A stretch of DNA of 64,000 nucleotides from Hyphomicrobiales bacterium. GTDB lineage: Bacteria; Pseudomonadota; Alphaproteobacteria; Rhizobiales; OSC116. Numbering within the stretch: position 1 is the first letter of the stretch; each line of letters begins with the position of its first letter. A program made the position numbers and the translations under genes. Below, one piece after another: positions 10,059-18,941 of the stretch. Under the pieces are notes generated by a model that saw only the letters and a list, made by a program, of their open reading frames with translations, made no database searches and was not told the origin of the DNA. The stretch lies in contig JABSRZ010000003.1 in the NCBI GenBank assembly GCA_013214705.1, positions 401,443-465,442 of the forward strand, read 5' to 3'.

Positions 10059-11438
10059 ATGACTGAATATCAACCGATTAAAATCAATTGTTTTAAAGCC
10101 TATGATATACGTGGAAAATTAGGCAGCGAACTGAACGTTGATATTGCTTACCGCATCGGCCGGGCTTTTGGCCAGCATTTAAAGCCTAAATCTGTAGTGG
10201 TTGGCGGTGATATTCGCCTCACCTCTGCCGAACTCAAAAATGCACTAGCCGACGGCTTAAGAGATGCTGGTGTTGATGTGATTGACCTTGGCCAAACCGG
10301 CACCGAAGAAATATATTTTGCGACATCATATCTTGAATTAGATGGCGGGGTGGAAGTGACAGCAAGCCACAACCCGATGGATTATAACGGTTTAAAACTG
10401 GTCAGCAAAGGGTCTCGCCCGATTAGTGGCGACACTGGTTTGCTAGACATAAAAGCTTTGGCCGAAAGTGGAAAATTTATAGAGGTTAAAACCAAAGGCA
10501 GCTTAACCCATACATCTGTAATGGATGCCTATATACAGCATTTACTGGGTTATATTGACGCCGGAAATATAAAACCGATGAAGCTTGTGGTCAATGCCGG
10601 CAATGGCGCAGCAGGCGCGGTGATAGATGCACTTGAACAAAAATTTAAACAATTGAAAATTCCGTTAGAATTTATAAAAATTCATCACCAACCTGATGGT
10701 AATTTCCCGAATGGTATTCCCAACCCATTGCTGCCTGAAAATAGGCAAGCCACTATTGATGCCGTATTGGCACATAAAGCCGACCTAGGCATAGCTTGGG
10801 ATGGCGATTTTGACCGCTGCTTCTTGTTTGATGAGACTGGAAAATTCATCGAAGGCTATTATATAGTTGGTTTGTTGGCCGAAGCTTTTTTACAAAAAAA
10901 TGCCGGGGCAAAAATTATCCATGACCCGCGATTGGTGTGGAATACCATCGAAAAAGTCGAACAAGCTGGCGGTGAGGCCATACAAAGCAGAACCGGGCAT
11001 GCTTTTATAAAACAATTAATGCGCGAAAAAGACGCGGTTTATGGCGGTGAGATGAGCGCTCATCACTATTTCAAACAATTTTTTTATTGCGATTCTGGCA
11101 TGATACCGTGGTTGTTAATTGTCGAATTATTATGCGTAAAATCGGCCACATTATCATCGCAGGTTAAAGATGCGATGGCCGCCTACCCTTCGCCGGGTGA
11201 AATTAACCGCACCGTCGATGATGCCGACATGGTGGTTGAAAAAATTATGCATATATACCAAGCAGATGCGCTGAATATAGACCATACGGACGGCATTAGT
11301 GTCGATATGGGGCAATGGCGGTTCAGCTTGCGCAAATCTAACACAGAGCCGCTTATACGGTTGAATTTGGAAACCCGCGGTGACCGGAAACTTATGAAAA
11401 TTAAAACCGCTGAATTGCTAGCGCTTATTGAAGGTTAA
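10059..11438 (+). CDS. manB: Phosphomannomutase (ManB/CpsG-type alpha-D-phosphohexomutase)
   Basis: Phosphoserine loop [13 protein letters not shown], metal loop [10 protein letters not shown], sugar loop [10 protein letters not shown]. It looks collinear end to end with enterobacterial ManB/CpsG as I recall that sequence. Confidence 0.92.
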   Translation: MTEYQPIKINCFKAYDIRGKLGSELNVDIAYRIGRAFGQHLKPKSVVVGGDIRLTSAELKNALADGLRDAGVDVIDLGQTGTEEIYFATSYLELDGGVEVTASHNPMDYNGLKLVSKGSRPISGDTGLLDIKALAESGKFIEVKTKGSLTHTSVMDAYIQHLLGYIDAGNIKPMKLVVNAGNGAAGAVIDALEQKFKQLKIPLEFIKIHHQPDGNFPNGIPNPLLPENRQATIDAVLAHKADLGIAWDGDFDRCFLFDETGKFIEGYYIVGLLAEAFLQKNAGAKIIHDPRLVWNTIEKVEQAGGEAIQSRTGHAFIKQLMREKDAVYGGEMSAHHYFKQFFYCDSGMIPWLLIVELLCVKSATLSSQVKDAMAAYPSPGEINRTVDDADMVVEKIMHIYQADALNIDHTDGISVDMGQWRFSLRKSNTEPLIRLNLETRGDRKLMKIKTAELLALIEG

Positions 11439-12088
11439 AAAGCGTTTTGAGGTTTATATAAAGCCGGCAGCGTCAGCCATATAATGCGCATATCGGCGGT
11501 GAGTGATTTTTTAGAAATATATTCGCAATCAGATTGCAGCCGATCTAATATTTTTTTGCGGGTGTCGGTAGGGCCTCTAAAGCCTCTAATTTGTGCCAGC
11601 CCGGTTATGCCGGGTTTGGTTTTAAAACGTTCGCCATAATTGCTTAAAGTTTTGATGTAGGTTTCGTCCATCTCGACCGCGTGCGGCCTTGGCCCAACAA
11701 TCGACATATCGCCTCGAAAAACGTTATACAATTGTGCCAACTCATCTAAGCTAAATTTACGCAAGAAACCACCAACACGGGTGACCCGGCTGTCATTGGT
11801 GACACACTGCGAAAACTCACTTTCGCCACTTGAAACAGTCATGGTGCGAAATTTGAGTATTTCAAAAGTCTTGCGGTGCAGGCCGTAGCGCTTCTGGCGA
11901 AAAAACACCGGGCCTTTTGAATCTAGTTTCACCATGATGGCAATAGATATCATCAGGGGTGATAAAAGCAATAGACCAGATGCAGAAATAATCAGATCGA
12001 AGGCTCTATAACCGGCATATTTTAACTTTTTTGTTGATTTCGATTCAACTTGCTCGATTTTTTTATTTAGATACGCCATACAACCCAA
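11435..12088 (-). CDS. Small monotopic polyprenyl-phosphate sugar phosphotransferase (bacterial sugar transferase family, ExoY/WbaP C-terminal type). Likely the priming enzyme.
   Basis: One N-terminal TM helix, then ..[19 protein letters not shown]..., [22 protein letters not shown] and PGITGLAQI motifs. Confidence 0.88.
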   Translation of the reverse strand: MGCMAYLNKKIEQVESKSTKKLKYAGYRAFDLIISASGLLLLSPLMISIAIMVKLDSKGPVFFRQKRYGLHRKTFEILKFRTMTVSSGESEFSQCVTNDSRVTRVGGFLRKFSLDELAQLYNVFRGDMSIVGPRPHAVEMDETYIKTLSNYGERFKTKPGITGLAQIRGFRGPTDTRKKILDRLQSDCEYISKKSLTADMRIIWLTLPALYKPQNAF

Positions 12089-12339
12089 TAAAATAAAAAA
12101 CGGTTAAACATCCATTAAATGAATGTGTTAATAGATTATTAATAATTCAACCTAGCCAGTTTGTCAAATAATTTGGATGTCGGGGCGGGGCACAATAGGA
12201 TTTTCTTGGTTAATACAGCCTGTGATTGTGGCGTTAACATTTGCTAATAATCTCCCACAATTGGCTGTATTTATTGGTTGTAGGGACTATATTATGGCAA
12301 ACTCAAGGTTGTGAGCAGATGAAATAATCGCAGTTGAGT

Positions 12340-13068
12340 TTATGAAGGTGTCGGAATGACGCCAAGTGCAGCGGTTGACGGGTTGTCAATTAGTTCGGCC
12401 AGTTGCTGTTGTATTTCTTGGCTTAGATCTGCATTGATAATAGCTTCTAAAATATCATCCAACGCTTGAGGAGCCGCAATCAAGGCCGCTTGCACAGCCT
12501 GAACGGCCAATGATGGTGTCACCGCCACAACGGCTTGTACAACATTTGCCGCCAGACTAGGCACGGCTGTGACGACTGCGCCAACCACAGAGGCTAACAA
12601 TTGCGGGGTTTCAGTGGCAACAGCTGTCAGAACTTGGTTTAGGATGGCAGGGTGCAAAACCGCCACATCGGCGATAATTGACGCCAATGAGCCAGAAGCC
12701 GTGGTTGCCAACAAGCCAACCACATCGGCAATTGTGCTGGTCGGGCCGCTAGCCAACAGTTCTAATTGTGCCAAAACCGCCACATTTAAGTTTGAATTTT
12801 TGGCTGCATTTATTAACTGCGCGACGGCAATGCGATTTTGCGCAGCAGAAATTTGGATATGTGCATCGACACAGGCGGCACTGGTTTCATCTACACAAAT
12901 GGCTGCAAGGTTTGCATTTAATTGCGCAATTAGGCCAGTGTCTTCGGCAATGTTTGCGCTGGCAATGCTGGCAACAGCAAAGGTTGAAAATGCTGCAAAA
13001 CTTGCAAAAACGATAGAAATAGGCTTCAGCATTTTACCACTTTCAAACCAGTGTTTGGCAATAATCAT
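12340..13068 (-). CDS. Secreted Ala/Val/Leu-rich protein of unknown function with proline-punctuated helical repeats
   Basis: A signal-peptide-like N-terminus (..FAAFSTFAVASIASA|NIAE), one Cys pair, and a C-terminal half made of P-x-L..VV.AVV-type repeats. I recognise no family. An alternative start lies at 13032. Confidence 0.5.
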   Translation of the reverse strand: MIIAKHWFESGKMLKPISIVFASFAAFSTFAVASIASANIAEDTGLIAQLNANLAAICVDETSAACVDAHIQISAAQNRIAVAQLINAAKNSNLNVAVLAQLELLASGPTSTIADVVGLLATTASGSLASIIADVAVLHPAILNQVLTAVATETPQLLASVVGAVVTAVPSLAANVVQAVVAVTPSLAVQAVQAALIAAPQALDDILEAIINADLSQEIQQQLAELIDNPSTAALGVIPTPS

Positions 13069-13227
13069 TTGCTTTCATTAGCTATTTTTAATTTACGGGT
13101 ATGGTTGGAGTCAAGCGTTTAATCAAATATAAATAGATTAGTATTTATTATAATTGCAAAGACAGCTTGTTTTGTTGGTGTTATTATTTTCATAAACTTA
13201 CGAAATATATGTAAAGAAACTGGGCTA

Positions 13228-14010
13228 ATGTTTGAATATCTCAAAACAATTTTTAGTTGGATAAAAATTCAACCGCCGGCCTCTAGGGTGGGCGTTATGT
13301 CGTTTGACCGGGCCAAAACAAAAGCCAATCAACTGGTATTTGCGGTTGGTGATATACATGGTTGCGACCAATTGTTGAATGATGCCATTAGCTTAATTAA
13401 AGCCAAAATGGAGCAGTTGAGCGAGACTGAAGATAATTTATACCATATTGTATTTTTGGGTGATTATATCGACCGAGGGCCGAATTCTCGACTGGTCATT
13501 GAGCGCTTAATGAGTTTAAACATCGATAAATGCGAAATTCATTGCCTAAAAGGCAATCACGAAGACATTTTGCTTAATTTCATCAAATCTCCACAAAAAT
13601 ATTTTCAGCTTTTCAAGCAGATTGGTGGCATCGCCACGCTCAATAGCTTTGGGATAATGGATGTTGAAGCCCACAGGGCTGAACAAATTAGCGCCAAACT
13701 TGTTGAGGCCATGGGCATCGAGATGTTGGTTTTTTTGACGCAATTGCCGACTTATTACTCACATGAAGATTATTTCTTTTGCCATGGCGTGCCCAAAGCT
13801 GGCATCGCGCTTAGCCAACAGCCAGATAAAATATTAATCAATAACCGGCATGAAGCATCGCCGTTTTATGAGCAAATTGTCATTCATGGCCATGTCTCAT
13901 CTGATAAAGTCGAGCGAGATGGATCGAAGATTAATATTGACACTGCTGCCTATGTCACTGATAATTTAACAAAATTACTGGTTTATAATTATAATCAAAT
14001 AATTTTATAG
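13228..14010 (+). CDS. PPP-family metallophosphoesterase (PrpA/PrpB/ApaH-like Ser/Thr/Tyr protein phosphatase)
   Basis: All three PPP signature motifs are present: GDIHG, GDYIDRG, GNHE. It lies 35 nt upstream of the tyrosine autokinase gene on the same strand. Confidence 0.85.
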   Translation: MFEYLKTIFSWIKIQPPASRVGVMSFDRAKTKANQLVFAVGDIHGCDQLLNDAISLIKAKMEQLSETEDNLYHIVFLGDYIDRGPNSRLVIERLMSLNIDKCEIHCLKGNHEDILLNFIKSPQKYFQLFKQIGGIATLNSFGIMDVEAHRAEQISAKLVEAMGIEMLVFLTQLPTYYSHEDYFFCHGVPKAGIALSQQPDKILINNRHEASPFYEQIVIHGHVSSDKVERDGSKINIDTAAYVTDNLTKLLVYNYNQIIL

Positions 14011-14044
14011 AATAGTATGAAGCGGTTAAATTAGGGATTATGAC

Positions 14045-16264
14045 GTGGTGGATGATCAAAATATGTTCAAATTCAGTGAGTCAGAAATAATAAAAACCCC
14101 GCCAAATCACGCTCAAACTAAAAATTTAGTGGATTATTGGCACGTTTTAGTGCGGCAAAAAAAATATCTATTATTTACCATCTTGTTGCTTCTGCTGGTT
14201 GGCATGCCGATAATTTATAACCTCACCCCCATCTACCAATCTACTGCCAAAATGGTAGTGGATGCTGGCCAAGCTAAACTTGTCGGTTTGCAAACTGAAA
14301 ATACGACTGGTGCGGCGATTGATTTTAAAGTGAATACCGAAGTTGAAATCATCAAATCCAATAAAGTATACCTTCGCACCATCAAACATTTGCAATTATG
14401 GAATAGTGCCGACTATAATTTACTGTCTTTCGGTGAAAAGTTATTATCCTTATTTGCTACTGACAAAAGCCAAAAACCTAGAGATGAATATCGAACTTTT
14501 AGCCAATTATCTGGCCAAGACATTATGGGCTATTTAAAAGCCTTGAACGACCATGTCACTGTGGCGAGAATCCGCCGCACTAATGTGATAACCATAGGCG
14601 TTATATCCCCCTCGGCTAACAGAGCTGCGGACATAGCTAACAGCTTAACCCGCTCATATTTAGCCGAAAAAATAGAAAACAAAGCTAATTCCATGCGCGG
14701 CGTTGCCGAAATATTGAAAAATCAGTTGAATAAATTGGCTATCGAAATTCAGAATTTTGACCGCCAACGCGAAAATTTTATAACTGAATATGCAGACCAA
14801 ATATCCGACCCAAATGCCGGCAAAATACTTGCGGAATTGCGCGCAACAATCGACTTGAAAACACAAGAGACATTGCGCAAAATACTAGAGGTTTCGGAAA
14901 TTGGCCGGGCGGCATTGGCCAAAGACTATTTTGCGCTGGCGTCCTTGACTGAAGACCTGCAATTTGGTGCATTATTCAGCCAATATGAAAGCATTAATTT
15001 TCAATTATCAGCCCCTCGCCCTGCTGATGACAGCCAATTTAACCTGCAACAAGAATTGCAAAAAATTGAAGCCAATTTTGAACTATTGTCCCAACAAATG
15101 CAAAATAAATTAAACGCTGAAATATTCGCTAACCAAGCGCAAATTGCAGAGTTTCAGACCAATAGAATTCATATTTTTTCGGCCTATGATTTGCCGCAAG
15201 ATGTGCAAATGGCATTGTATAGATTGACTGAGGGTATCAAAAGCAAGCGTAATTTATATGCAAGTGAGGTGAAAAAATATAGCGAAGTGGAACAAAAAAT
15301 AGGCATTCTTATACCTGACGTGCGGGTGATCGCGACGGCGTTCCCGCCTGAGGCGGCCATTAAGCCCAATAAAAAACTATTGGCAGCCGGCTTGCTTATA
15401 TTTGCGGTTTTTTGTGGGCTTATATTGGCTTTTATGCGCGATGAATTTATTGGTGGATTTGTTTCTAGCGACCAAGTGCATGCGGTATTGGGCAAACAGC
15501 CGATTAGTGTCATACCCACGCACACCAATGAAGATGACGATAACATTATATTAAATGCGCCATTATCTCGATTTTCTGAATCAATACGCATGTTGAGGGT
15601 TGGCTTGGACAACCACAGCCTCAATAATAATGTATTCGACCAACGCGCCAAAATTATCGCTGTCACTTCGACAGTGCCAGAAGAAGGCAAAACTACCACC
15701 GCTTTATGTTTAGCCAGATCCTACTCTTTGGCCGGTAAAAAAACCATATTGGTTGAATTGGATTTTAGACACCCAGTGCTAAATGAGCGGCTGGCGCTAA
15801 ATGAGCGGCTGGGGCTAAATAGACCCTACAGCCTGCAAGATTTTATCAAGCAGGATGCCGATATGGCGATGATTGACAAAATTATTTATGTTGAACCAGC
15901 CACAAATCTTAGCATTGTTTTGGCTGGTGCGGCGCAAAAAACTGCAACTGATATTTTGATCCAATCGAAATCATTAGAGGGCGTTATCAGCAAATTTTCA
16001 AAAGATTTTGAAATTATAATTATAGATACGCCACCCGTTGGTTTGGTGGTTGATGGCCAAATTATTGCGCAAAAAGTAGATCAAATGGTCTATGCCATCA
16101 AACATGCCGCGACCAGCCAAAAAAACGTATTGGCCGGTATAAATTTCATCAATGCTGCCACCGTAGACCTGCCTGTTTTTACCATCATCACCCAGTTGGA
16201 TGACAGCCAAGCAGGGTATTTTGGCATGTATGGGGTCGAATATTCCTATTATTATGGCGGATAG
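14045..16264 (+). CDS. Polysaccharide co-polymerase / tyrosine autokinase (Wzc/ExoP/GumC type, PCP-2a)
   Basis: N-terminal Wzz-type TM plus a periplasmic coiled region, then a second TM. The C-terminal BY-kinase domain has Walker A (VPEEGKTTT), Walker A' (ILVELDFRHP), Walker B (IIIIDTPP) and a terminal Tyr cluster (YFGMYGVEYSYYYGG). Confidence 0.9.
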   Translation: MVDDQNMFKFSESEIIKTPPNHAQTKNLVDYWHVLVRQKKYLLFTILLLLLVGMPIIYNLTPIYQSTAKMVVDAGQAKLVGLQTENTTGAAIDFKVNTEVEIIKSNKVYLRTIKHLQLWNSADYNLLSFGEKLLSLFATDKSQKPRDEYRTFSQLSGQDIMGYLKALNDHVTVARIRRTNVITIGVISPSANRAADIANSLTRSYLAEKIENKANSMRGVAEILKNQLNKLAIEIQNFDRQRENFITEYADQISDPNAGKILAELRATIDLKTQETLRKILEVSEIGRAALAKDYFALASLTEDLQFGALFSQYESINFQLSAPRPADDSQFNLQQELQKIEANFELLSQQMQNKLNAEIFANQAQIAEFQTNRIHIFSAYDLPQDVQMALYRLTEGIKSKRNLYASEVKKYSEVEQKIGILIPDVRVIATAFPPEAAIKPNKKLLAAGLLIFAVFCGLILAFMRDEFIGGFVSSDQVHAVLGKQPISVIPTHTNEDDDNIILNAPLSRFSESIRMLRVGLDNHSLNNNVFDQRAKIIAVTSTVPEEGKTTTALCLARSYSLAGKKTILVELDFRHPVLNERLALNERLGLNRPYSLQDFIKQDADMAMIDKIIYVEPATNLSIVLAGAAQKTATDILIQSKSLEGVISKFSKDFEIIIIDTPPVGLVVDGQIIAQKVDQMVYAIKHAATSQKNVLAGINFINAATVDLPVFTIITQLDDSQAGYFGMYGVEYSYYYGG
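15779..15820. repeat. In-frame 18-bp tandem repeat (2.3 copies) inside the autokinase gene
   Basis: CTAAATGAGCGGCTGGCG / CTAAATGAGCGGCTGGGG / CTAAAT encodes LNERLA-LNERLG-LN immediately after the Walker A' motif. Confidence 0.9.
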
Positions 16265-16277
16265 GAAATTAGTGAAA

Positions 16278-16967
16278 ATGAAAGCCGTTCGACTATATTT
16301 TAAATATATTTTGCCGTTAATGTTGGTGGTTTTTTTAGGCCGGGAGGTGACAATATTTATTGCCACACCCAATGAGTATATTTTGGAGGCTGTGAGTTTC
16401 TTTGAACCAGCTAAACTTAAAAATGATCAGTTTAAGGCCGGGCTGGTGACAATGATAAAGCCGTTTATTGCCAATCGAAAAATTGTTCATTCGCAATATA
16501 AATCTTGTCACCATGACTTGATACGTTATGAGATTTTTGAGAAAACTTTATTTGCCGACCAGCTAATTAACTGCCTAGATATATTGGACAGCGCGCTTAT
16601 TGCAGCGCCCAGCTCGCCGCTTATATGGCTCGAGAAAGCCAATTTGCAGGCTAAAAACCCCGCTACAATTGATGGGTTAAACAAATCGCTACACAATGCG
16701 TGGCAAGTGGCCAAAAGACAGGCTTGGGTTGCGATTAGGCGCATTGAGTTTAGCCTGAATCATTGGCAAATATTGAATGCTGAAAATCGCCAAATTGCTG
16801 AACAGGAATTTCTATTTTATGCGCCACAGAAGCGCGAATTGGTTAGAATACTGGCTCATCAATATTTGCTAAAACCTCAGCTTAAAAATATCATTTCAAC
16901 TTGGGTCGGAAATTCAAATTTAGCCGTTCAGCGCCAATTTATTGCTGACATTAATTCCACACGCTAA
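16278..16967 (+). CDS. Hypothetical membrane-anchored protein (one N-terminal TM helix)
   Basis: The ORF track gives 16200-16967. The ATG at 16278 avoids overlap with the kinase gene and precedes a hydrophobic segment (ILPLMLVVFLG). I recognise no family. Confidence 0.5.
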   Translation: MKAVRLYFKYILPLMLVVFLGREVTIFIATPNEYILEAVSFFEPAKLKNDQFKAGLVTMIKPFIANRKIVHSQYKSCHHDLIRYEIFEKTLFADQLINCLDILDSALIAAPSSPLIWLEKANLQAKNPATIDGLNKSLHNAWQVAKRQAWVAIRRIEFSLNHWQILNAENRQIAEQEFLFYAPQKRELVRILAHQYLLKPQLKNIISTWVGNSNLAVQRQFIADINSTR

Positions 16968-16983
16968 AACGAACTATATGACA

Positions 16984-18369
16984 TCAGCTAAATTTGGGGT
17001 TTTTACGCCCTTTTTGATTGAATGACAGGCTGACCAAAATGGAGCTAAATAAGGCAATGGCAGGTATTTGCAGGGTGAAATCTAATGATGCATGCACCAT
17101 CATCGATGTAATTATCGCGATGGCCGGCAGGGTTAATTGCCAATTGGCAGATGAGCGAACGCTGCGCCTCACCAGATGAATAAACAGCCATATAATCAGA
17201 ATATAACTGATTAACATGACAGGCAAACCTAAGGTGAGCATCAACTCCATATGGGTGGAATGTAATTTGTTCCAAACCATGCCATCGTTTACATTAAACA
17301 TATGAAACAGGGGTTCGACATCGATATATGTCCCCGCTCCATAGCCTAAAATAGGCCGTTCGAATATGGCAGAAACGGCATCGGCAATTAAATAAAGCCG
17401 CGCTTGGGTGCTGCCGATGGCGCTGTTACCACCGCGGTTTTCGGCAAGATAATATAGCGCAATGGCGGTGAGTATAAAGGCGGCTAAAATGACCAAATAT
17501 AATGGCCATGGTCTATGTGAATTTTGTAGATTTGGCTTGCGCTTATGTTGTTTTCGGACTCCATAAATGACAATAAACAATATCAAAAACAGGCCAATTA
17601 AAGTCGAAACCACCCCGCCGCGTGACCCGGTTAAAATTTGCGCTAGGCTTAAAATAATGAAATTGGCGGAGAATATAAATATTTGGGTTTCGCGGTTTAG
17701 GGTCTTGAGCCACGATTTTTTATGCACTATCAGTTCTAACAGATATACTGCACAAATAATCATACCAAAGCCGATGAAATTGGCGGCGGCATTTTTATAG
17801 ACAAATGTCGCGGTTAGCCAGCCGTTAAAATAGATTTTATCGACAATGCCAAGCGTTTGAAACTCAAATAAATAAGTAACCAGGCCAAATATTGTGATGA
17901 GGTTAATGATTATTAGACATATCAATTGCAACTTTAACGCCGCTTTTAAATCGGCGATTGCCATATAGATGCCGATCAAAACCACCGACAGGCTTAAATA
18001 GCCCATGAGTGCGCCCCACGTTAGGCCAGAATTAAGGCTCACAGCACCACCTGTTTGCAAGCCCAGTTGTTGCCAAATCGGATGGTGTAAAAATTGCGGT
18101 GTATATGATGATGCCTGAAAGATCATCCATAATGGGATGGCCATAAACATAAAAATAATTATATATCGGGTGTTATTTTGGGCGGTATTTATCAACTGGT
18201 TTAACTTGCCAGAAAGAGCAAACAGAAAAATGGCACAGGCTGCCAAAGCTAAATTGATAATTTCGAAAATATGCCGATTGCCGCCCAACAAAATCGGCGA
18301 AGTGACCAGCATAATGATTAAAGTGATGCGGCTAAGTTTGTAAGCCTGAACGGGTGATATAAAAGTCAT
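16984..18369 (-). CDS. Second O-antigen ligase/polymerase family membrane protein (Wzy_C domain, ExoQ/WaaL-like)
   Basis: A 461-aa polytopic membrane protein with a large loop containing ..GYGAGTY..LHSTHMELMLTLGLP.., typical of the O-antigen ligase family. Confidence 0.7.
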   Translation of the reverse strand: MTFISPVQAYKLSRITLIIMLVTSPILLGGNRHIFEIINLALAACAIFLFALSGKLNQLINTAQNNTRYIIIFMFMAIPLWMIFQASSYTPQFLHHPIWQQLGLQTGGAVSLNSGLTWGALMGYLSLSVVLIGIYMAIADLKAALKLQLICLIIINLITIFGLVTYLFEFQTLGIVDKIYFNGWLTATFVYKNAAANFIGFGMIICAVYLLELIVHKKSWLKTLNRETQIFIFSANFIILSLAQILTGSRGGVVSTLIGLFLILFIVIYGVRKQHKRKPNLQNSHRPWPLYLVILAAFILTAIALYYLAENRGGNSAIGSTQARLYLIADAVSAIFERPILGYGAGTYIDVEPLFHMFNVNDGMVWNKLHSTHMELMLTLGLPVMLISYILIIWLFIHLVRRSVRSSANWQLTLPAIAIITSMMVHASLDFTLQIPAIALFSSILVSLSFNQKGRKNPKFS

Positions 18370-18394
18370 ATTGGCAGATCAAATAAGCTTGCGT

Positions 18395-18811
18395 TTAGAG
18401 AGATTTAGCATCAAAGCTAAAGTTTTCATCAAACAATTCGAGTGTTTTTTGTGGGTCGCCGGCAGCTTTTTCTTCGATAACCCGCTAGACCATAGATTTG
18501 GCAAATGGCACACCGCAGGATTTGATGGCTTGCAAATCACACGGTGCTAAAAAATGGGTTTGGCCTAAATCTCCAACTTTTCTGGCGGAAACGGCATCTA
18601 TACTGCCCAAAACTATTCCATCGGATCGCTTTACATGGTCTGAAGGGTCGGTCATTTCGCAAATGTCGCGCACCAAGGACGCCTCTTTGCTGGTGATGTC
18701 GACAATTTGGCCATCATGCACTGTCACGACAGAGGGGCCTTGTTCCGCGGCATTCCATAACCGCCCCAACAGCAAAGCTTCATTTGGTAAAAAACTCATT
18801 ATAACCTCCAC
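18395..18811 (-). pseudogene. Truncated fumarylacetoacetate-hydrolase-family gene. Only the N-terminal part remains, and it carries an in-frame TAG.
   Basis: The translation MSFLP..LLGRLW..GPSVVTVHDGQIVDITS..LAPCDLQAIKSCGVPFAKSMV*RVIEEKAAGDP.. is interrupted by an in-frame stop at 18485-18487. It ends at a TAA at 18395-18397 after about 138 codons. The FAH catalytic domain is absent. The family assignment rests on recalled sequence similarity. Confidence 0.55.
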
Positions 18812-18941
18812 GATGGTTTGACATTAGCATCTATTGAAGCTTTAGGTTGTAATATTTCTAGCTCTGGTAAGTTTGGTAATTTATTGACCTCTGGCGGATG
18901 TTAAACTGGCTCACAGCGACAAAAATTGCCCACTGGTTGTT

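Noticed and set aside
12569-13081. A 170-aa plus-strand ORF (and the 82-aa ORF at 12768-13016) antisense to the Ala-rich secreted protein gene
   Set aside because: GC-rich Ala/Val codon runs (GCN/GTN) automatically keep the opposite strand open. The antisense product has no signal, motif or sensible start context. The minus-strand frame has a signal peptide and periodic repeats.
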